From Eledone cirrhosa (taxonomy: Eukaryota), in the NCBI GenBank assembly GCA_964016885.1, contig OZ024751.1, positions 39,928,001 through 39,992,000 of the forward strand: 64,000 bases of DNA, in the 5' to 3' direction. The translations under genes and the position numbers were made by a program. Positions 55,011-64,000 of the stretch are shown here, one piece after another; the first letter of the stretch is position 1; each line of letters begins with the position of its first letter. The notes below the pieces were generated by a model, which made no database searches, was not told the origin of the DNA, and worked only from the letters and a program-made list of their open reading frames with translations.

Positions 55011-55496
55011 CAACAGCACCAACACCACAACTACTGCCATATACAATATTTCTCTAATGTTGATTCGTTTTATCTTTGAACTGTTGAAATTAATGTAATG
55101 GAAATGAAATGTTGTCATAGAATGATGGATTTTCCACTGAAAGCCGTTTTATTGTTAGAAATGATGGTGACAGGATGAATTTTTTTAAATTCTCATTTCA
55201 TTAAATACATCATTTTAATGAAGAGACCTGGCCAGCTAAACCCTACGAAACGGAACCTATAAGTCTATGTATGTGTGTGTGTGTGTGTGTTTATACCTGC
55301 ATGTATAATATATATATATATATATAGTAAGAATATTTTCGAAACAGCGAGTTGATTTGAAATTATTAGAAATGTAAGCTATCGCCGTATTTTGACTAAA
55401 GAAATTAAAGAAATTATTTAGCCTGATAGCGGGGTTAAGAACCCTCGGAGAATTGGAAAAAGGTGAGTATTGACGTACATATATATATATATATAA

Positions 55497-55680
55497 AACG
55501 AAGGAAGTGTAGTAAGAAACCAGGTGGACCATAACGTATCAGAGTACTCGATACTTTGGGTAGTAGAGTGGGTAATAGGAAAAGAGTCAGGACCCCGACG
55601 GCAGAGCTCAAGCCGTTTCGACGGCTATTTCTGGACTCCAGAAACGGCTTGAGCTCTGTCGTTGGGGTCCTGACTCTTTT

Positions 55681-55684
<4 letters not shown>
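55497..55684 (-). mobile_element. Family B element with terminal fold-back
   Basis: Arms taggaaaagagtcaggaccccgacggcagagctcaagccgtttc / gaaacggcttgagctctgtcgttggggtcctgactcttttccta. Confidence 0.75.
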
Positions 55685-55726
<42 letters not shown>

Positions 55727-55855
55727 CATATTATTATATATATTATCTATATTATATACATATTATTATATATATACATATTAAACATGATGTTTACACA
55801 CTACTAATGTACTGAGTACCTTACTTAATGTGGTTATCCCCGGTTGAGCGCGCAA

Positions 55856-55969
<114 letters not shown>

Positions 55970-56424
55970 TGATAGAGGGGGAGAGACATATAGATATAGA
56001 TATATAGATACACCGAATAACTTTTTGAATATTTATTTAATCTGTCGTAGAGATATAATCTGCTGAGCAGATGTTGCCGGCCAATAGAATCTTTCTTTAA
56101 CGGAAATTTTGTTAAATACTTTTCCAAGTTATAAATGAAAGAGAGGAGGGAGAGATGAAGAGTAAAATAAAAGCATGATGTCACAAGAAATTTTATATAT
56201 ATAGGCAGGCGATAGACGATTGATATGGTTACAACCAATAACTATGGTAAGCAGACGACAGCTAAAACGTTTGCGATATTGCAGATATGTTGGGGTTAAA
56301 AAAGTTGAAGTGGATATGAAAGTTGAAACAACAGTTAAATCCTCTCCACAAAGATTGAAAATGGATTGTGCTATAATTGATATTATCTATTTTCTCAGAT
56401 TAGCAACATATTAATGAATAATAG

Positions 56425-56685
56425 ACCAGTCTGGTAAGTGATGGACGACTGAGCTAGTGTTAAGGTCAAGTTTACTACTCTTCCTGAAACATCTGAGAAG
56501 TGACGAACTCTTGGGCTGGTTTTAAGACCATGCCTGCTTCTCTTCAGAAGGATCTGAGATATTACTGACCTCTGGGCTGGTTTGAAGACCATGTCTGCTT
56601 CACTTCCTGAAAGATCTGTTATGTGCCGGACACCTGGGCTGGCTTTAAAACCCATTCTGGTTCTGTTCATGAAGGATCTGAACTC
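56425..56685. repeat. ~61-bp degenerate tandem repeat x4
   Basis: ctgggctggtttRaagaccatg.ctgcttc.cttc.tgaa.gatctg units. Confidence 0.7.
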
Positions 56686-57444
56686 AAACAGATGAAACTA
56701 AAGATTGTAAGGTATTTAGCACGGTATTCTACCCTTCCTGCCATTCTGATACCTAATAGGCTCTTGAAATCATTATACCCATAACGAAATGTTTATACCC
56801 TTGATGATATATATACCCATAATGAAATAATTATACACTTGATCATATATTTATACACTTGTTGACGTAAGAATATACTTGAGGAAATATCATATTCTTG
56901 TTAGAATATGTTATAGAATCTACTAGAAATACTTGTGAAGGTGAAATATAGTTAATCCTTTCGTTACTATATTTCTAATGAAATACACAGCCTGTGATTT
57001 CCAAATAACTTTGGAAATAATGAAGAATGTTGATGGATTTATTAAAATAACTAACTGCTGATGGTTGTAACATGATCTAATAAAGGTTCCTTTGTTGCCA
57101 CATTTCAATGATTTTCTGATAATGAAGAATTGTGAAGGATTTATTAAAATAACTAAATTTTCTATTGTTAAGCTGGCGTTTCTGACATAATTTGACAAAG
57201 GCTCTTGCATAAAATTGCAATAGAAGGTTCTCTTTTAATAAAATATGAATACTTTAAATCCATTGTTATCATATAGATACAAAAGATACTGCCTATGATT
57301 TTCAATTCATTTCAACCCTTTTATTACCATATTTCTAATGAAGTAGACTGCCTCTGGTTTTCAAATCATCATTTTGAAAAATAATCAAGAAATCTGAAAG
57401 ATTTATTAAAATAACAAACTTCCTCATTATTAAGCTGATTGTAA

Positions 57445-57630
57445 AGGGCGGTGGATTGGCAGTATCGGTAGAGGATCGGACGCCATGCTTTGACGCATAG
57501 AGTTACGGCCCTTGCCATTCTGAGTTCAAATCCCGCCAAGGTTAACTTTGCCTTTACGGGGTCGATAAAATAAAGTACCAGTAATGTACTGGGTAATTTC
57601 TGGCCTTGTGCCAATAGTAGAAACAATTAT
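57445..57630 (+). mobile_element. SINE family 1 with TSD attattaagctgatt
   Basis: Full match; 15-bp direct repeat at 57426 and 57625. Confidence 0.9.
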
Positions 57631-58334
57631 TAAGCTGATTTTAGAATTTAACTGAAGAGAAAGCTTTACATAAATTATGACAGACGAAGGTTTTTAGATA
57701 AATATAAACATTTTAAATCGAAAAATTTTCTATCATAGAAACAGAGATGATTTCGGACAGTTTTGTGTTAAAAGAGTTGGACTGTTTCTCAATATGGAAA
57801 AAAAATGAAGCCATGTAATGTAAATATTACATTGAAATATCGGATTAAAATCAAGAGGTGATTTATGGAAACACGTTATTTTTCAAATGGTGTAAACTGG
57901 CCTAATGGAAAGCCATATGTTGGTTAAATATAAATGCTGTAGGTACTATATCACCTAAAGTATATTTTTTTATCTGAAAGAAGCCAAAGGGCCAACATAT
58001 GATAACACTTTACTAGACAAATCTTACTTTGACTTAAATCTGAATTGTATAGGTTTTTCCCTGTGCTCATTTATCAAACCAAAAGTGACACTCCTAAAAG
58101 CTTTCTCTGCTCTCGGAAAATAACCAATGCTCTCAGCCGACCCCTAAAAATGGTCATTCTTCAGACGATATAACTTCTTCTAAGCAATGTAGTTGTATTT
58201 ATTTCGAGGAAATCTCAAACGATCGATCGGTCATAAATCTTTTTTGTTCAGGACAAAGCCTGAACTAAATTCTTACACATTGATTTGGCCGTCTATTGTT
58301 TAAGAGAGATAACTGATATATCCTCATTTCGCTT

Positions 58335-58365
<31 letters not shown>

Positions 58366-58369
58366 TAAT

Positions 58370-58470
58370 AATAATTGTTTCTACTTTTGGCACAAGGCCA
58401 GCAATTGGGGGGGGTCGATTAAGTGCATTACTGGTGATTTATTTAACCCACCCTATAGGGATGAAAGGCA
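58370..58470 (-). mobile_element. SINE family 1, 3' fragment
   Basis: Tail and partial core. Confidence 0.7.
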
Positions 58471-58474
58471 ATGG

Positions 58475-59011
58475 TGGGAGTAGGGCCAAGGACACCAGAA
58501 GTCGATGGTGGCGATAGTGACGAATAGGGAGGTGGTCCTAGGACCAAGGACATCAGAAGCCGATGTTGATGAGTAGGGAGGTGGTCCTAGGGCCAAGGAC
58601 ACCAGAAACCGATGTTGATGAGTAGGGAGGGAGGTGGTCCTAGGACCAAGGACATCAGAAACCGGTGTTGATGAGTAGGGAGGTGGTTTTACTAGGACCA
58701 AGGACATCAGAAGCCGATGTTGACGAGTAGGGAGGTGGTCCTAGGACCAAGGACACCAGAAGCCGATGTTGACGAGTAGGGAGGTGGTCCTAGGACCAAG
58801 GACACCAGAAGTCAATGTTGATGAGTAGGGAGGTGGTCCTAGGACCAAGGACATCAGAAACCGATGTTGACGAGTAGGGAGGTGGTCCTAGGGTCAAGGA
58901 CACCAGAAGCCAATGTTGATGAGTAGGGAGGTGGCCTTACTAGGGACAAGGACACCAGAAGCCAATGTTGGTGAGTAGGGAGGTGTTACTAGGGTCAAGG
59001 ACACCAGAAGT
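58475..59011. repeat. 49-bp minisatellite, about 11 copies, with internal palindrome ggtcctaggacc
   Basis: gagtagggaggtggtcctaggaccaaggacaccagaagccgatgttgat. Confidence 0.92.
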
Positions 59012-59315
59012 CTCCACTGTTCAATTAAACAGAAATGTCTAAGTTAGAATAAAATGCAATAAAGCCCCAGCTTTACCTAAGTTCGCCATAATACTTTCAT
59101 TTCCGTTCTGTCAGTTGTTATAAATAACCTGCAATTTATCATATTCTACGCTGTTTTATTTATTTATTTTATTTTCGTGTTTATTTTGATTTTAATTTAT
59201 TTTTCAATATATTGAAATTAGTCAATAGCTTACGGTTATTTTGATTAAATAGATTAGAGTGAATAAACTTGACATGTTGATATATTGATTTCTGGGAATT
59301 TATGGTAGTAATTGT

Positions 59316-59385
<70 letters not shown>

Positions 59386-59467
59386 ACATTGGTGGTGATG
59401 GTAGTGGTGGTGGTGATGCTAGTAGTAGTAGTAGTGGACATGGTGGTGATGGTGGTGGTGGTGATGC

Positions 59468-59525
<58 letters not shown>

Positions 59526-59680
59526 CATGTCATCCAACCGCTATGTTTACAGAAGCTGTCATTAAGACTAAACCAGTTGACGTGTAAAGAATAAGTTTCA
59601 ACAGACGTAATAACAACTCTCTATGGTTACATTTAATAAACTGATAAACCTAAAACATGGAATCATCCTTCTAGTCTCAC

Positions 59681-59797
<117 letters not shown>

Positions 59798-60000
59798 CAT
59801 CAGCAGCAGTAGCAGCAGCATTTTACGTCTGCTTTTCCCTGCTTGCAAGGGTGCAACAGGTCCTATTCATCACAGCATCTCTCCACTTGTCACGGTCCTT
59901 CGTCATCTCCTCCGTGAGCTTCAGCGATCAGAGGTCTGCTCTCACTACCTCCGCCTATATTTTTCGTGGTCTTCCTCTACTGAGTCTTCCTTCTACTGGC
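59798..60000 (-). pseudogene. 3' end of an RTE-clade LINE with in-frame stops
   Basis: PVEGRLSRGRPRKI*AEVVRADL*SLKLTEEMTKDRDKWRDAV; short (gct)n tail. Confidence 0.75.
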
Positions 60001-60014
60001 ATTTATATATATAT

Positions 60015-60199
60015 AAATGGAAGTTTAGTAAAATTGAATCTTCGGCTGTCGTCAAGCCTACGAGATACATGAGGAATTATGCAGCCAAGCACTCCATGGG
60101 GAGTCTCAGAGTAATAACATTCGTTAGACAGCATGACAAATTGAAAACTGTGGCAAGCAAGCCTAGCCACGACACCGAAGCAACGAGAAAACCAACAAG

Positions 60200-60200
<1 letters not shown>
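60015..60200 (-). mobile_element. Family X diverged copy between (TA)n tracts
   Basis: Reverse complement aligns with 26270-26440. Confidence 0.55.
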
Positions 60201-60261
<61 letters not shown>

Positions 60262-60691
60262 CGTTGCTGTAGTGGAGTCTGTGCTGCTGTACGGGTCTGA
60301 GACTTGGACACTGACCAAGAATCTCACTCAGATGGTGGATGGGTGCTACACGAGAATGCTGAGGATGGCTCTGAACATTAATCAGTATACACTGAGGATG
60401 AAGAACTCAGAGCTGTACGGGAGCCTCCCAAATGTCAGCTCAAAAGTGACTCAGAGGAGATTGAGGTTAGCTGGACATGCTCACCGACACCCAGAGTTGA
60501 CACTGCACTCAGTGCTTTTGTGGGAGCTCCTAAATGGACTCACTGGAAGAGGGAGACCTAGGTTGACATATATTGATGCCCTAAGGACAGACACTGGTCT
60601 CTTGGAGACGCAGGACATGGCAGCGATAATGAGGGACAGAGACCACTGGAGAGAACTCGTCTATGGAACTTGGGAATGTTACCCGCCCTAG
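60262..60691 (+). pseudogene. 5'-truncated RTE-clade LINE, ORF C-terminus
   Basis: SVLLYGSETWTLTK...RMLRMAL...QRRLRLAGH...GRGRPRLTY...DRDHWR, the canonical RTE C-terminal motifs. Confidence 0.88.
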
Positions 60692-60706
60692 ATATATAGA
60701 TAGATT

Positions 60707-60920
60707 CATAATAAACAACCCAATATAATTATTACATTACCAAAGGCTTCAAGAAACTAGACGATCCTTACAGAAACGTCTATTTCATCTGATGAACGGG
60801 CCAGACGTTTCTGTAAGGACCGTCTTGTTTCTTGAAACCTTTGGTAATAGAATAATTATATTGTGTTGTTTATTATGTAATTAAGTAGCTCTGTACTATA
60901 CATAGAGCACTCTTCTTTGT
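60707..60920 (+). mobile_element. Family F-related element with fold-back; HHR-like motif at 60781-60854
   Basis: Arms 60707-60781 and 60803-60877; CTGATGA...GAAA-CC-ttt-GG-TA; tail agctctgta..catagagcactc shared with 47400-47430(-). Confidence 0.7.
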
Positions 60921-60967
60921 CTTACCTTTCCTACGGAAATACTTAACATAAATATATACCTCCAATG

Positions 60968-61051
<84 letters not shown>

Positions 61052-61125
61052 AAGAGAGAAATAGATGTTAATGACCCAACGGAGGGGGGGGGGGTTATAT
61101 ATCAATACCTGTTTTACAACTTAAC

Positions 61126-61295
61126 GTACATCGAATAATTGTTTCTACTGTTGGCACAAGGCCAGCAATTATCCCAGTGTATTACTGGTACTTTATTTTA
61201 TCGAGCCCGTAAGGATGAAAGGCAAAGTTAACCTCGGCGGGTTAACTTTGCCTTTCATCCTTACGGGGTCGATAAAATAAAGTACATCGAATAAT
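61126..61295 (-). mobile_element. 5'-truncated SINE family 1 with fold-back inversion and 14-bp TSD gtacatcgaataat
   Basis: ...ggcaaagttaacc-tcggcg-ggttaactttgcc... mirrored to aaataaagtac. Confidence 0.85.
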
Positions 61296-61329
61296 ACCAG
61301 ATCTATAGTGAAATTTTATTTACTAATAT

Positions 61330-61746
61330 CTGTGTGTGTGTGTGTGTGTGTCAGTGTGTGTGTGTGTGTATCTGTGTGTATCTGTGTGTATATGTGTCAG
61401 TGTGTGTGTGTGTGTGTGTGTGTGTATCTGTGTGTATATGTGTCAGTGTGTGTGTGTGTATCTGTGTGTATATGTGTCAGTGTGTGTGTGTGTGTATCTG
61501 TGTGTATATGTGAGTATATGTGTTAGTGTTAGTGTGTGTGTGTATCTGTGTGTATATGTGTCAATGTGTGTGTATATGTGTCAGTGTGTGTGTGTGTGTG
61601 TGTGTGTATCTGTGTGTATATGTGTCAGTGTGTGTGTGTGTGTATCTGTGTGTATATGTGTCAGTGTGTGTGTATATGTGTCAGTGTGTGTGTGTATGTA
61701 TCTGTGTGTATCTGTGTGTATATGTGTCAGTGTGTGTGTGTGTATC

Positions 61747-61803
<57 letters not shown>

Positions 61804-61923
61804 CTGTGTGTATATGTGTCAGTGTGTGTGTGTGTGTATCTGTGTGTATATGTGTCAGTGTGTGTGTATATGTGTCAGTGTGTGTGTGTATGTATCTGTG
61901 TGTATATGTGTGTATATGTGTCA

Positions 61924-61972
<49 letters not shown>
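61330..61972. repeat. (GT)n-derived compound minisatellite (gtatctgtgtgtatatgtgtcagtgtg)
   Basis: Direct reading. Confidence 0.92.
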
Positions 61973-61973
<1 letters not shown>

Positions 61974-62311
61974 CTAGATTTCGTCGCCATATTAATATTC
62001 ACCAACGTAACGTGGTGATGACAATATTTGCCTGAAGAATGTCTGAGATGACATCAATGTTCTTATGACAATATGAAATTAAATGTAAAATCCCAGCTGT
62101 AAGTGAAATTTTATTAACTTATATATGTATGTGTAAGTGTGCGTGTGTGTATGTGTTTCTGTGTGTATGTGTGTGTCTGTATAGATATATATAGATAGAT
62201 AGGTAGGTACGTAGGAAGGTAGGTAGATAGGTAGATAAATAGATAGATAGATAGATAGATAGATAGGGAGGTAGGTAGGTAGATAGGGAGGTAGATAGAT
62301 AGATAGATATA

Positions 62312-62885
62312 TTTCTTTATTAGCCACAGGGGCACAAAAGAAGGGGACAAATACAAAGGGGGAAGTTTACATACAATAAAAACGTGTAAAATGTTATCAC
62401 AGATGGAATTTAAAAGTTAGTCGATTTTCCCCAATAGAGGGAGACAGTTTATATGGGTAACACATACCCCCGAAAAAAATGTGCAACCCTCATCTCCAGG
62501 AGTACGAAGAGCTTGTACTCCTTTCCTCTCCTCCTCCTTTTCCTCAATCTACAGGCTGATATAGAGAGAAGGCCCATTCACTCGGGCCATTCTCGCCACT
62601 TTCACCCACCTTTCATAAAACTTGCTGGGGTACAGCACCTCTCTCTCCATCCTGATTCTTCTTCCAAAGTGGTATTTGAAAAAAAGAATCAGTTGTTGGC
62701 CGGAGAGAAAGGTGTCTGACCTCAGCCCTTTCAACCTTGTCCACCATACAACCTCTTTCGCCATAGCTATCACACAAAGGAAAACCGCCTCTCCTTCGTT
62801 TTTGAAGGAGGGTGGCGGTTTGATCATGACAATGGACTCGGTGGTCAACTGGATTGGTCCCACCCGCGACAATAGTCGTTCTACA
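62312..62885 (-). pseudogene. 5'-truncated Tx1/L1-like LINE bounded by (GATA)n on both sides
   Basis: YVERLLSRVGPIQLTTESIVMIKPPPSFKNEGEAVFLCVIAMAKEVVWW...SLYISL* plus 3' UTR ending aataaagaaat. Confidence 0.82.
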
Positions 62886-62886
62886 T

Positions 62887-62945
<59 letters not shown>

Positions 62946-62946
<1 letters not shown>

Positions 62947-63722
62947 ATTTCTTTATTAGCCACGAGGGCACAAAAGAAGGGGACAAATACAAATGGGGAG
63001 TTTACATACAGGTATATGAAAATAAAACTATTAATAAAATAACAAATAACAATTGAAATCCCCAATAGGGGGGAGGTGTTACACAGCGGTTGTACACACC
63101 CCTAAAAAAGGAGCACCAAGAGTGAGTACTCCCTTCCTCACTTCCTCTTTTTTCTCAACCTACAGGCTTATATAGAGAGAAGGCCCAACCATTCGGGCCA
63201 TCTTTGCCACATTCACCCACCTTTTATAAAATTTGCTGGGGTACAGCACCTCTCTCTCCATCCTGATTCTTCTTCCAAAATGAAAAAACGAATCAGTTGC
63301 TCGCCGGAGAGAAGGGTGTCTGACCTCAGTCCTTTTAACTTCGTACACCATATAACCTCTTTCACCATAGCCATAACACATAGGAAAACCGCCCCTCCCT
63401 CGTTTTTGAAGGAGGGTGGCGGTTTGATCATGACAATGGACTCGGTGGTCAACTGGATTGGTCCCACCCGCGACAATAGTCGTTCTACATAGCCCCACAG
63501 GTCGGTAACGCCCGGGCAGTGTACAAATGCGTGCGCGACGGTTTCCTTGTCGCGCACGCATCTCGGACAGATCTTTTTCGAAGGGTCCCTGCCTGGGTGC
63601 CCGTGTCTGTAGAGCTTGTCTCGAACTGGTAGAGCTCCTCGGTAGCACTGCCAGGCCAGGGACCTTTGGAAGTTGTCCATTGGTCCCGGGCGGAAGGTCC
63701 TACCGAACAGACTGGCCAGTTC
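62946..63722 (-). pseudogene. 5'-truncated Tx1/L1-like LINE with zf-RVT-type zinc knuckle, frameshifted
   Basis: W..YRGALPVRDKL...CPRC...ETVAHAFVHC...LW motif typical of the L1/Tx1 ORF2 C-terminus; deletion near 63280; (GATA)n on both sides. Confidence 0.85.
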
Positions 63723-64000
63723 GTATAGATAGATAGATAGAGTGATAGATTCTTATATATATTATATATTCTGAAGTAATTTGTGACATTTTTATACCTC
63801 GTACGCGTGTTTCAACAAAAGAAATGCAAAGAATATGATAAATGGATGAGTTTGATTAAGTATATAGGAATAAATCCTCAGAGGCAGAGGATACAAATGC
63901 GATGTAAAGTTATGTTATGGTGAATTATTCGGTTTTATGCTTGTCTTCGTATATAGAACTTTTGTTCCTAATCGTAACAATGTCAATGGCTTCATTTCCT

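Noticed and set aside
62028-62075. CTGAAGA followed by the hairpin atgtc/gacat
   Set aside because: No GAAA box or NUH/stem I; at best a very decayed relic.

Overview
AT-rich, extremely microsatellite-dense eukaryotic DNA, most likely intergenic or intronic. The SINE families and repeat landscape look like those of an octopus or other cephalopod (inferred from recognition, not from a search). No host gene can be called with confidence, and nearly all long ORFs in the six-frame track are translations of simple repeats. Recognisable content: about 17 copies of a tRNA-derived SINE, a second SINE family, 3' fragments of Tx1/L1-, RTE- and CRE-type non-LTR retrotransposons, a hAT-type and mariner-type non-autonomous DNA transposon, and several minisatellite arrays. 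The main signal is a dense set of short non-coding elements lying in or beside (TA)n tracts. By eye they carry 14 complete or near-complete type I hammerhead ribozyme (HHR) motifs from about 6 sequence families, plus a further family with only the 3' half of an HHR. Many are arranged as head-to-head fold-back palindromes pivoting at or just 5' of the ribozyme. This fits pseudo-LTRs of microsatellite-targeting Penelope-like elements or retrozyme-like non-autonomous RNAs. All structures were folded by hand and coordinates are approximate to a few nt.
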